64,000 bases of DNA from Candidatus Falkowbacteria bacterium (GTDB taxonomy: Bacteria > Patescibacteriota > Patescibacteriia > JAACEG01), in NCBI GenBank assembly GCA_018651725.1, contig JABIDK010000014.1:6625-70624 (forward strand), written 5' to 3'. The notes under the pieces are model-generated. The model made no database searches, had not been told where the DNA came from, and saw only the letters and a program-made list of their open reading frames with translations. Positions within the stretch are counted from its first letter, which is position 1. Each line of letters starts with the position of its first letter. The position numbers and the translations under genes are program-made. Positions 47,814 through 58,691 of this stretch are shown piece by piece.

Positions 47814-50612
47814 ATGTCAAAGAAAAAGAAAAAATTTATTATTTTAGATGGAAATGCTCTTATCCATCGGAGTTTTCATGCTTTGCCAACTACGCTTGCT
47901 ACAAAAAACGGTTTAATAACCAATGCGGTTTATGGGTTTACCTCTGCTTTATTAAAGGCTATTTTTGAATTTAAGCCTGATTATATTGCTTTGACACTGG
48001 ATAAAAAAGAACCAACTTTCAGGCATAAACAGTATAAAGAATACAAAGCCAAAAGAATAAAAGCTCCGCAAGAACTATACGATCAATTTCCTTTGGTTAA
48101 AAAAATAGCTGAGTCTTTTGAAATTCCTATTTATGAAATGTCAGGTTTTGAAGCCGATGATTTGATAGGAACGATTGCTAGGGAGACAGATGGTAATGTT
48201 GAAAAAATTATCGTTACCGGAGATATGGACACCTTGCAATTAGTTAATGATCATACAAAAGTTTACGCTATGAGCAGGGGTATTTTAGAAAGCGCTTTAT
48301 ATGGAAGTAAACAAGTGAAAGAAAGATATGGTTTAGATGTGGATCAACTTATAGACTATAAAGCTCTTAGGGGGGACCCAAGCGATAACATCCCGGGAGT
48401 GCGAGGTATTGGAGAAAAAACAGCCACTGAGCTTTTGCAAAAATTTGGGACGCTTGATGAAGTGTACAGATATGTTGAAACAAAAAAATACGATGATGAT
48501 ATTATAAGACCGCGGGTTATTGAGCTTTTGAAAAAGTATAAAAAAGATGCTTATCTAAGCAAAGAATTGGGGACGATTATGGTTGATGTGGACATGAAAT
48601 TTAATTTGGAAGAAGCACGGTTTAAAGATTTGAATATTGAAAAAATAACTAAAACTTTCCAAGATTTAGAGTTTAATTCTCTCTTGTCTCGCTTAAATAA
48701 AATAACTAAAACAGTAAATCAAGAAGAAAGCATTGAAGATAAATTTGAAAGAAATCTTAAACTTTTTAACTATAACTTGATTGATACCGAGGAGAAGTTT
48801 AATAAATTTTTGGTTGAACTTAAAAAACAAAAAGAGTTTGCCTTTGACACGGAGACAACCGATTTTGATCCGATTCAAGCTAAACTTTTAGGGATTAGTT
48901 TTAGTTGGGAGAATAAACACGCTTATTATTTACAAGTTAAAAGTCAAGAGTCAAAAGTTAAAAGTCTTTTGGACTATAAAAATGACGATGAAGAAAAAGG
49001 GCTGGATGTTAAATTATTGAAAAAGATAAAGCCGATATTGGAAGATAAAAATATTAAAAAAATTGGACATAATATTAAATATGATATTCAGGTGATGGCT
49101 AATTATGATATTGAAGTGCAAGGAGAAATTTTTGATACTCGCGTGGCTTCTTATATTTTAAATCCGGGCTTGCGCGGACATAGCTTAGATGCTGTTACTT
49201 TGGAACATTTTGATCATGAAAAAATAGACAAAAAAGATCTTTTTCCCGACAAAAAACAACCAAAAGAATTTGCAAAAATTCCGATTGAAAAAATGTATGT
49301 TTATTCTTGCGAGGACGCTGATTTTACATTTAGATTGAAAAAGATATTAGGAGATAAACTTAAAAAGCAAAAACTCGAAGAATTATTTGAAAAAATTGAA
49401 ATGCCTTTGGTGCAAGTTTTGGCAAAAATGGAAAGAAATGGGATTAAAGTTAACAGTGATTTTTTGAAAAATAAATCTCTTGACTTTGGAAAGCGTATTG
49501 AGAGTATAACCGATAAATGCCACAAATTGGCTGGAATTAATTTTAATATTAACTCCACTCAACAACTTAGAGAGGTTTTGTTTGATAAATTACAACTGCC
49601 AACAGAAGGAATAAAAAAAGGAAAAACAGGATTTTCTACAGCCGCCAGTGAACTTAAAAAACTGGAAGGCGTTCATCCGATAATTAAAATAATTCAAGAA
49701 AACAGGGAGTTACAAAAACTAAAAAATACTTATTTGGATGCTATCCCGAAGCTTATTAATCCTGACTCCGGAAGAGTGCATACAAGTTTTAACCAAACCG
49801 CCACAGCTACCGGGCGACTTTCTTCCCAGAATCCAAATTTGCAAAATATTCCGGTTCGTACCAAGGAAGGTAGAGAAATTAGGAGAGCTTTTGTGGCTGA
49901 ACATGGTTTTAAATTACTTGCAATTGATTATTCTCAGGTTGAGCTTAGGCTGACTGCTTCAATTTCAGGAGATAAAAAAATGATTAAAGCTTTTTTAGAT
50001 GGAGCTGATATTCATACGCAGACAGCTGCTGAAATAAATAAAGTTAGCTTGGATAACGTTACCTCTGAAATGCGCAGGCAAGCTAAAGCAATTAATTTTG
50101 GCGTTTTATATGGGCAAGGTCCACACGGTTTATCTGAAGTAGCTAATATTTCATACGCAGAAGCAAGAGAGTTTATTGACGTTTATTTTTCTGCTTTTAA
50201 TGGCGTGAAAAAATTTATAGATCAAATAATAGAAAAAGCAGAAGAAAAAGGATATGTAGAAACATTGTTTGGAAGGCGCAGATATTTGTCTGACATTAAT
50301 TCTAATAATCCACAAATAAAAAAAGCAGCCGAGCGAATGGCGATCAATGCTCCAATTCAAGGGACAGCCGCTGATATGATAAAAATAGCTATGGCAAAAG
50401 TTCAAGACAAAATTGATAAAGGCTATGAGAAAGAAGTAAAAATGCTCTTACAAGTTCACGATGAGTTAATCTTTGAAGTAAAAGAAAATCTTGTTGAAAA
50501 AGTAAGTTTAGAGATTAAGGAAATTATGGAACAAGTAATAAAATTAAAAGTCCCAATTGTGGCGGATGTAAAAGCAGGAGATAATTGGGGAGAGATGGAA
50601 GCGCTTAATTAA
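47814..50612 (+). CDS. polA: DNA polymerase I
   Basis: 5' nuclease N-terminus, 3'-5' exo-like region, polymerase motifs A (DYSQVELR), B (RRQAKAINFGVLYG), C (QVHDELIFE); 932 aa. Confidence 0.95.
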   Translation: MSKKKKKFIILDGNALIHRSFHALPTTLATKNGLITNAVYGFTSALLKAIFEFKPDYIALTLDKKEPTFRHKQYKEYKAKRIKAPQELYDQFPLVKKIAESFEIPIYEMSGFEADDLIGTIARETDGNVEKIIVTGDMDTLQLVNDHTKVYAMSRGILESALYGSKQVKERYGLDVDQLIDYKALRGDPSDNIPGVRGIGEKTATELLQKFGTLDEVYRYVETKKYDDDIIRPRVIELLKKYKKDAYLSKELGTIMVDVDMKFNLEEARFKDLNIEKITKTFQDLEFNSLLSRLNKITKTVNQEESIEDKFERNLKLFNYNLIDTEEKFNKFLVELKKQKEFAFDTETTDFDPIQAKLLGISFSWENKHAYYLQVKSQESKVKSLLDYKNDDEEKGLDVKLLKKIKPILEDKNIKKIGHNIKYDIQVMANYDIEVQGEIFDTRVASYILNPGLRGHSLDAVTLEHFDHEKIDKKDLFPDKKQPKEFAKIPIEKMYVYSCEDADFTFRLKKILGDKLKKQKLEELFEKIEMPLVQVLAKMERNGIKVNSDFLKNKSLDFGKRIESITDKCHKLAGINFNINSTQQLREVLFDKLQLPTEGIKKGKTGFSTAASELKKLEGVHPIIKIIQENRELQKLKNTYLDAIPKLINPDSGRVHTSFNQTATATGRLSSQNPNLQNIPVRTKEGREIRRAFVAEHGFKLLAIDYSQVELRLTASISGDKKMIKAFLDGADIHTQTAAEINKVSLDNVTSEMRRQAKAINFGVLYGQGPHGLSEVANISYAEAREFIDVYFSAFNGVKKFIDQIIEKAEEKGYVETLFGRRRYLSDINSNNPQIKKAAERMAINAPIQGTAADMIKIAMAKVQDKIDKGYEKEVKMLLQVHDELIFEVKENLVEKVSLEIKEIMEQVIKLKVPIVADVKAGDNWGEMEALN

Positions 50613-50749
50613 TTCCGGGCACTGCCAAAATTATTTATTTTTTTGTTGCGGAACTCGCTTCGCTCAGACAGTCCTCGCTGCAAAAATAAACAATCTTGAC
50701 AGCGCCCTAGTCGGCTATTAAGCCGCTTTTGTTAGTTGTTGTGAAAAAT

Positions 50750-51856
50750 ATGAGTAAATTAAATAACAAAAAAATTATAATCTTGCAGGATTATTTTTTA
50801 TATAAAGGTGGAGGAGAGAGATCTATGATTGAGTTGGCTAAGGCTCTTGGAGCGGATATTGCGACTTCTTTTATTTCTAAAGATGCTTTTAACCCGCGAG
50901 ATCATGGGATTAAAACTATTGAACTTACTACCGAGGGCGGATTTTCTCATATCCCGGGTTGGAGGTTTTTAAAGGTACAGTTTTCTTTTGTTTTTAAAAC
51001 AAGGTTCTTAAAAAAATATGACATTATAATTTACAGTGGGGATTGTATCAGTGCCGTACACAATTGCAAAGATAAGCTTAATGTAGCTTATGTTCATACT
51101 CCTCCAAGACATCTTTTTGATAATTATAAAATTCGTTTAAATGAATATAAAGGATTAAAACGATTAATTTTTCGTCCGTATGTTTGGGTGAGTCGGTGGC
51201 GCTACAAACGAGCTATTCCTAAAATGGATTTGTTGATCGCTAACTCTAAAAATGTTCAAAAAAGAATTAAAAAATATTTGGGCATGGCTTCGGTTGTGAT
51301 TTACCCTCCGGGGGATACTTTAAATTTTAAATGGATAAGTCAGGGAGATTATTATTTTTCTTGGGCGCGACTTTATGATGTTAAAAGAGTAGACAAAATC
51401 GTCGAGGCTTTTACTAAAATGCCTGAGAAAAAATTAGTAGTGGCATCCGGCGGACCTGAACTTGAGAAAATAAAAAAAATTGCAAAAGGGCATGATAACA
51501 TAAAAATATTAAATTGGATTAGCGACGAAAAACTACTGGAGCTCATTGGCAACTGCTTAGCAACAATTTATATTCCTTTAAACGAAGACTTCGGCATGAG
51601 CCCGGTAGAGTCAATGATGGCCGGCAAGCCAGTCGTCGGCGTAAACGAAGGAGGCTTAAAAGAAACTATAATAGATGACAAAACCGGTATATTATTAAAG
51701 TCAGATTTTAATATTCAAGATATTGCCAGAGCAGTACGAGAATTAACTTCAGGAAAAGCTATTGCAATGAGAAATGCTTGCGAAGAACAGGCTAAAAAGT
51801 TTTCCGTAGAAGAATTTATTAATGGAGTGGCAGAGAACATAGAATCGAAAATTTAA
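50750..51856 (+). CDS. Glycosyltransferase family 4 (GT-B, group 1)
   Basis: C-terminal EDFGMSPVESMMAGKPVV motif (E-x7-E); ORF-track start is TTG, ATG at 50750. Confidence 0.8.
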   Translation: MSKLNNKKIIILQDYFLYKGGGERSMIELAKALGADIATSFISKDAFNPRDHGIKTIELTTEGGFSHIPGWRFLKVQFSFVFKTRFLKKYDIIIYSGDCISAVHNCKDKLNVAYVHTPPRHLFDNYKIRLNEYKGLKRLIFRPYVWVSRWRYKRAIPKMDLLIANSKNVQKRIKKYLGMASVVIYPPGDTLNFKWISQGDYYFSWARLYDVKRVDKIVEAFTKMPEKKLVVASGGPELEKIKKIAKGHDNIKILNWISDEKLLELIGNCLATIYIPLNEDFGMSPVESMMAGKPVVGVNEGGLKETIIDDKTGILLKSDFNIQDIARAVRELTSGKAIAMRNACEEQAKKFSVEEFINGVAENIESKI

Positions 51857-51875
51857 AATTTTATCAAAAAAAAGA

Positions 51876-51940
51876 AAGAGTAGGGTTTAGTCAGTATTAT
51901 GCGCGTTATCCGCGCAAGGCTCTGAAACCTACTCTTTTTT
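51876..51940. terminator. Long nested hairpin / bidirectional terminator (AGAGTAGGGTTT...GCGCGTTATCCGCGC...AAACCTACTCTTTTTT)
   Basis: 12-bp outer stem with inner GC hairpin; between convergent genes. Confidence 0.5.
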
Positions 51941-51952
51941 GCTTGGGTTAAT

Positions 51953-52483
51953 TCATGCAGCTTGGTCAAGCTGGAGAAGATCGTCGTTATCTATCAGGCC
52001 GTTTATATTTATTATCTGGTTTAACTGCACCCATTCCATTTTTGGGCAGACAGATTTTCCCGAATTAGTATCTAAAAAGAAAAATTCACTGCGTGTTTTT
52101 TGAGTAACGCACCAAAATTTTCCGTTTTGAGAGACAATAGAGATCTCCCAAAAATTACAAAGCCCTCCAGGATTAAGTTCCAAAAGACGCAAATTGTCTT
52201 TCGGATTTTCAACACGGAAGAAGCGGCCTTTTTTTCGGATCTTTATATTTGCTTGATAAATTTTTTCCTTACCATTTGCTAACGGTTTTTGCAATTCAAT
52301 ATTTTTAGCATCATCCACGATAATGCTAAAAATATCATTTACGCGTTCAGCGGTTACGCGTGTTTTGACGGTAATGTCTCCATTTTGTAAAAGCGCTTCT
52401 AATGGGTATGGGCTAGAGTTAATATGGAACTTATAACCCTTTATCGGCAAAAAAATTTCTACTCCGGGAATTTGTGTCATCAC
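51953..52483 (-). CDS. Hypothetical protein (176 aa)
   Basis: ORF with genome-typical composition; no motif recognised. Confidence 0.4.
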   Translation of the reverse strand: MMTQIPGVEIFLPIKGYKFHINSSPYPLEALLQNGDITVKTRVTAERVNDIFSIIVDDAKNIELQKPLANGKEKIYQANIKIRKKGRFFRVENPKDNLRLLELNPGGLCNFWEISIVSQNGKFWCVTQKTRSEFFFLDTNSGKSVCPKMEWVQLNQIININGLIDNDDLLQLDQAA

Positions 52484-52580
52484 GATTTCTCCTGGTTTGA
52501 TTGTTAGTGTTCAGGTTTTTTTCTAATAAACCAATTTTATTAGAATAAATTATTATACACTTTTTAACGAAAATGTCAAT

Positions 52581-52613
52581 AAAAAAAGGGCGGATCATAA
52601 GGTAATCCGCCCC
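52581..52613 (-). terminator. Intrinsic terminator (GGGCGGAT-tacctta-ATCCGCCC + T7 on minus strand)
   Basis: Perfect 8-bp GC hairpin followed by TTTTTTT on minus strand, downstream of small-ORF cassette. Confidence 0.65.
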
Positions 52614-52677
52614 GCAGGAGTAGAGGTTATAGTCCTCGATCCCGCTACACTAAGAAGTATTGGTTTTCTTCCTTGTG

Positions 52678-52872
52678 TTAACTCAGTGTTTGCGCTGTAG
52701 ACGCATTTGAATGTAGCCCGGCTTCTTGCAGGATATCTTGGCACACAAGCTGATGTAAGCCGCGAGTTGAAGAATACTCTTTTCCGTAAAGCAATGCCCT
52801 ACATTGTTTTGGAATTTTCTTACCACATTTAGCGCTTCTTGGTATTTCTTTACATCTTTTAATCTTACTCAT
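52678..52872 (-). CDS. Hypothetical small protein (64 aa, four Cys) in GC-rich cassette
   Basis: SD AAGGAGG 7 nt upstream of ATG; start overlaps stop of upstream small ORF (ATGA); GC3-rich codons atypical for window. Confidence 0.4.
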   Translation of the reverse strand: MSKIKRCKEIPRSAKCGKKIPKQCRALLYGKEYSSTRGLHQLVCQDILQEAGLHSNASTAQTLS

Positions 52873-53051
52873 CGCGGACCTCCTTGCAGTCTTTGTATCC
52901 CCACCCATGTTTTTTTAAGTTCGGTGGAATATTTTCTAATCCTGTGTTTATTCCCTTGGTTTTTAGCCATTATTAACAGTTTTTTTAAGCAATTTTCTTG
53001 TAAAGCCAGTTTTCCTAGTTTTTCGCTCCCTGCGTTGCCGGTTTTCTCCAT
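52869..53051 (-). CDS. Hypothetical small protein (60 aa) in GC-rich cassette
   Basis: SD AGGAGGGGG 5 nt upstream of ATG (minus strand); translationally coupled to downstream 64-aa ORF. Confidence 0.4.
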   Translation of the reverse strand: MEKTGNAGSEKLGKLALQENCLKKLLIMAKNQGNKHRIRKYSTELKKTWVGIQRLQGGPR

Positions 53052-53085
53052 TTCCCCCTCCTGTAGATAGAATGAACGTTTAATT

Positions 53086-53122
53086 AAAAAGACCATCGCC
53101 TTGTGCGATGGTCTTTTATTTT
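53086..53122. terminator. Bidirectional intrinsic terminator (AAAAAGACCATCGC-cttgt-GCGATGGTCTTTTATTTT)
   Basis: Perfect hairpin with A/T flanks. Confidence 0.65.
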
Positions 53123-53292
53123 GAAATTTTTATTTTATCAAGTCAAAATATTAACCACCGCTGTAGTGACCACGAGCATCAGAATGATAATAATAGATTG
53201 TCGAGCAGTTGCATTCATATAGGTAGTTAATTACTATTAGTTTAGATCATTTTTTAAAATTGTCAAATTTAAATTGTGGAAAAGTAGCTCAA

Positions 53293-53895
53293 CTACTCAG
53301 GCTTTCCGTCCATGTTTACATCGTAGAGGATTTGTTCTTGGACTAAACGATAATCAAAAATCTCTTCTTTTTTAAACCATAGCGCGATTTCTTTTTTAGC
53401 TTCGTCCAGTGTGCCGGAGGCGTGGATTAAATTCCTGATCGGTCGATCATCAGTATCGGCAATTTCATAAGAGTCAATTGTAAAGTCTCCTCTTACTGTT
53501 CCGACATCACTTGTTAAAGGTTCAGTTCCGCCGGTGATTTTTCTCACAATACCAACGGCCTGGTTTCCTTCCCAAATCATAGCAATAACCGGTCCGGAGG
53601 TAATATATTTTTTAAGTCTTCTTAGTACATGCCCGCCAAGTTCTTCCGGGTCGCGTGATGGCGGTTCAATTCCTTTGTTGTCATAAGAAACAATAGATTT
53701 TTCGCCTACTTTTCTAACCCATTCCGGATCGATAGTGTAGTGTTTCTCAACACGATCTTCATTCGCTATAACCATTTTTAAGCCCATTAATTTTAACCCG
53801 GTTCTTTCGTAACGAGTTATAATTTCACCGATTAAAGTTCTTTGAATTCCATCCGGTTTAATAATTACCAGAGTTTTTTCTTGTTTTGGATGCAT
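53293..53895 (-). CDS. ndk: Nucleoside diphosphate kinase (long form, ~200 aa)
   Basis: TLVIIKPDG, active-site His region NLIHASG, typical NDK core with insertion/extension. Confidence 0.9.
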   Translation of the reverse strand: MHPKQEKTLVIIKPDGIQRTLIGEIITRYERTGLKLMGLKMVIANEDRVEKHYTIDPEWVRKVGEKSIVSYDNKGIEPPSRDPEELGGHVLRRLKKYITSGPVIAMIWEGNQAVGIVRKITGGTEPLTSDVGTVRGDFTIDSYEIADTDDRPIRNLIHASGTLDEAKKEIALWFKKEEIFDYRLVQEQILYDVNMDGKPE

Positions 53896-53942
53896 AGGAG
53901 ATTAGTCCGTAAAGTCAAAAGTCAAAAGTCAAAAGTCGTTTG
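53896..53942 (-). repeat. GACTTTT x3 tandem heptamers plus GACTTTACGGACTAATCTCCT abutting ndk ATG
   Basis: Minus strand: CGACTTTTGACTTTTGACTTTTGACTTTACGGACTAATCTCCT-ATG. Confidence 0.6.
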
Positions 53943-53969
53943 ATATTTCGAGTTTAAAAACATTATTTA

Positions 53970-54341
53970 TTAGCGTTTAGATTTTAGATATTTTTCTACT
54001 TTTTCTAAAATTTGAGTTGGAGTTAACATTGCTTTTACCAGATAGTCAATTGCTCCCAGTTCTTTTCCTTTTTCTACATCGTTTTCTTGTTTTAGATTGG
54101 TTAAGAAAAAAACAGGGATTTTTTTAGTTACCGCATCTTTTTTTAGATTTTCCATAACCATAAACCCATCCATTTGCGGTAAAATTATATCAAGTAAAAT
54201 TACATCAGGCTTATTTTTTTTTGCTATTTCGTATCCCAACTTCCCTGTTCCAGCCTTAAAAACTTCATACCCTGCTTCAGAAAATTTCAAGGTATACATA
54301 TCCAGTAGCATTTGATCATCTTCAATTAAAAGTATTTTCAT
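53970..54341 (-). CDS. Stand-alone response-regulator receiver domain (CheY-like)
   Basis: MKILLIEDD..., phosphoacceptor Asp in VILLDIILPQMDG, conserved T and K positions; 123 aa, no output domain. Confidence 0.8.
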   Translation of the reverse strand: MKILLIEDDQMLLDMYTLKFSEAGYEVFKAGTGKLGYEIAKKNKPDVILLDIILPQMDGFMVMENLKKDAVTKKIPVFFLTNLKQENDVEKGKELGAIDYLVKAMLTPTQILEKVEKYLKSKR

Positions 54342-54360
54342 AGAAAATATAATGTTAATA

Positions 54361-54389
54361 CGCGAATGAATGCGAATGACGCGAATATG
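54361..54389 (-). repeat. Tandem CATTCGC(G/A)T x3 repeats ~20 nt upstream of receiver-domain gene start
   Basis: plus strand cgcgaatgaatgcgaatgacgcgaatatg; seen directly. Confidence 0.5.
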
Positions 54390-54435
54390 TTTATTAACGT
54401 TATGCTATATTAAAAAAAATTATTTGGCAAGGTGA

Positions 54436-55497
54436 TTAGTTGAAAGATTTTACTATTTTCGCTACTAAATTATTTAAATTATGATTTTCTGTTACTATTT
54501 TTCTTAGATTTTTTTGCAAAATTTCCTTGTCTTCTCGACTTTTGTTTTTGATATTTATAATTTTTTGGGCAAGCATTTCATGGTTATGTTGTTTTGTTAA
54601 AAGTTCTTGTTTTAAAATATTGTTAAAGGCAACGTTGCTTGTTATCGGTATAACTTCAGAGGACATGGCTTCTAGTATTGCTTTGTCAACACTTCCGGTG
54701 TTACTTAAATTTATAAAAATATCTGACACAGTTAATTTTTCAGGAATGAGTTTATTTGGGATACTGCCTATAAATTTGATATAACTTTGCAAGTTCATTT
54801 TTTCAACCATTTCTTTTAAAGACTCAAAATATGTTTCATGATTTTTTAATCCGGGCTCGCCGATTATTTTTAGATTTATATCTTTAATGTTCTTTTTATT
54901 CACCAAAACATTAATTGCTTTAATTAAAGTTTCCAAATTTTTGGTTGGAGAAATTCTTCCAACCGAGATAATAGAAAAAATATCATTTTGAGATTTGTTT
55001 TCGCTTGGTTTAAATTTTTCTATATCTATTCCGTGTCCGGTGATTTTAATTTTTTTGCTTTTTAACCGAAAACTTTCTTTAGAAGGTGTTAAAATTTTGT
55101 CAGCCATTTTTTCCAGAAGTCGCAGTCGCAGAGTAATTTGTTTATGAGCGTACCAACTGACAATTTTTTTATTAAACAGCTTTGCCTGAGGCCAAACAGA
55201 AATAGTATACTCCGGATTCATATGGCAAAAAATCCCGTTAATTTTTCTTATATTTTTAAAAACCAATTTTTGAAAAATAAAAAAATCTTTAATTTTACGT
55301 AAAAAAACATTATTTATTTTTTTACCTCTAACGGAAAAGATTTTAATATTTTTGTGCAGTCCTTCGATATCTCCTTTCTCTAAACAAACCACAGTTAATT
55401 TTTCCACTTGGCTTCCTATTTTATTAACCCAATTAAAAGTAAACCCAGCCAAGCCATCGTCTTTATCAACTTTACGGGTTATCATTAAAAGCTTCAT
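54436..55497 (-). CDS. Glycosyltransferase (GT-B fold, family 1/4-like)
   Basis: Two-Rossmann-domain architecture and C-terminal E...E-type region; weaker motif conservation than 50750 gene. Confidence 0.5.
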   Translation of the reverse strand: MKLLMITRKVDKDDGLAGFTFNWVNKIGSQVEKLTVVCLEKGDIEGLHKNIKIFSVRGKKINNVFLRKIKDFFIFQKLVFKNIRKINGIFCHMNPEYTISVWPQAKLFNKKIVSWYAHKQITLRLRLLEKMADKILTPSKESFRLKSKKIKITGHGIDIEKFKPSENKSQNDIFSIISVGRISPTKNLETLIKAINVLVNKKNIKDINLKIIGEPGLKNHETYFESLKEMVEKMNLQSYIKFIGSIPNKLIPEKLTVSDIFINLSNTGSVDKAILEAMSSEVIPITSNVAFNNILKQELLTKQHNHEMLAQKIINIKNKSREDKEILQKNLRKIVTENHNLNNLVAKIVKSFN

Positions 55498-55537
55498 AAA
55501 ATTTAGTATTTAGTTATATTATATCAATGGTTCAGTA

Positions 55538-55584
55538 AAATACAAGGTACTTTGTATTGACAAAACGGTAATTTAGTGTATATT
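55538..55584 (+). promoter_or_regulatory. Promoter TTGACA-16-TATATT with overlapping palindrome AATACAAGGTACTTTGTATT upstream of lipoprotein gene
   Basis: TTGACA 55557-55562, TATATT 55579-55584; 20-bp inverted repeat abutting -35; SD AGGAGG before ATG 55645. Confidence 0.45.
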
Positions 55585-55644
55585 TAATAGAAGTTCGCTC
55601 TATACAAAAAGATTAATCCCAAAAATATTTAGGAGGACATTAAG

Positions 55645-56511
55645 ATGAAAACAGGAAATTTGTTAATGGTTTGGTTAACAGTTATTTTTTTGGTTAGTTG
55701 TGTTGAAGTAACTCAGTCTGGTAGTGAATCGAGGGTTTACGATGGGGTAGACTCACGGGTTTTTGAAAAAAATACTATTGTTCGTTCACATGACGGCCAT
55801 CGGAAAATCGAAGGACCAGGCAAAAAATGGATTTGGTATAATTCTTGGCATGTAACACGTCGTCAACCCGGAGTCTTTAAGACATCGGTTGGGCGAGCAC
55901 CTTACACACTTACCAATTCTTTTGCTTATCAAGATTTTACAGAACTTACTTGGGCACATTATTCTTTCTATGTGTACCAGCCAGCTAAGAATGACCCAAT
56001 GAGAGAGTCGTACGACTGTAATCTTCGGGACATTGAAGATGAAATTTGGGACCTTTATCATCAAAGCGCTGACATTATTCGGATCGATAAGCTAGGCGAA
56101 AATTTTTATGTAGTCACTTATAAAAGAAGCGACCATAAAAGATTTCACATCCAAGAAGTAGATGGTTACCCGCCGTTTAATTTGGGCGATAACGTTGGAA
56201 TGGCCGAAAAAAGTATTCTCTTTGATGTTAAAACAAAAAGCCTTGATCCTTACGGACGAAAGGCATTTGAATCTCAAGGAGCTAAAATGCTTCTTCAAGA
56301 TGTTCTGTTGTTAAACCCCAGATTTTTTGATCGACCAACGGAGCTATGGAATGTTTTTATTCCGTATGAATTTTTTGCTAAGAAATTTTTATACGATCAT
56401 TCCGGTGTAAAATACGCCGTGAAACAATCCGGTGATCCAATGGTCGTCAAAATAGGTAAAAATGGTGTCACTCTTCGGTTTTCAAGAAAGCCGGAGTTGG
56501 AAGAGTGGTAA
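55645..56511 (+). CDS. Hypothetical lipoprotein (signal peptide with lipobox LVSC)
   Basis: MKTGNLLMVWLTVIFLVSC lipobox, soluble W/Y-rich domain, own promoter and terminator. Confidence 0.5.
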   Translation: MKTGNLLMVWLTVIFLVSCVEVTQSGSESRVYDGVDSRVFEKNTIVRSHDGHRKIEGPGKKWIWYNSWHVTRRQPGVFKTSVGRAPYTLTNSFAYQDFTELTWAHYSFYVYQPAKNDPMRESYDCNLRDIEDEIWDLYHQSADIIRIDKLGENFYVVTYKRSDHKRFHIQEVDGYPPFNLGDNVGMAEKSILFDVKTKSLDPYGRKAFESQGAKMLLQDVLLLNPRFFDRPTELWNVFIPYEFFAKKFLYDHSGVKYAVKQSGDPMVVKIGKNGVTLRFSRKPELEEW

Positions 56512-56525
56512 AAATAAACAAACAC

Positions 56526-56568
56526 AAAAGCGGGAGCTGATAAATTCAGTCTCCCGCTTCTTTTTTTG
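56526..56568. terminator. Bidirectional intrinsic terminator (AAAAGCGGGAG-ctgataaattcagt-CTCCCGCTTCTTTTTTT)
   Basis: Perfect 11-bp stem between convergent lipoprotein gene and gyrB. Confidence 0.7.
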
Positions 56569-56593
56569 TTGCGTGTTAGTTGTATGCTACATA

Positions 56594-58618
<2,025 letters not shown>

Positions 58619-58691
58619 CTAAAATAAAAAATACCTAGAAGGTAGTTTTTATATATTCATAATATCACAATATTTCTTAAATAGCAAGAGT

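Noticed and set aside
52621-53085. RNase P RNA-like fragments (GGAGGUCCGCG and GAAGCCGGGCUA) on the minus strand of the GC-rich cassette
   Set aside because: The same bases form SD sequences and in-frame codons of two coupled small ORFs; P4 and other universal RNase P motifs do not align; retained only as a caveat
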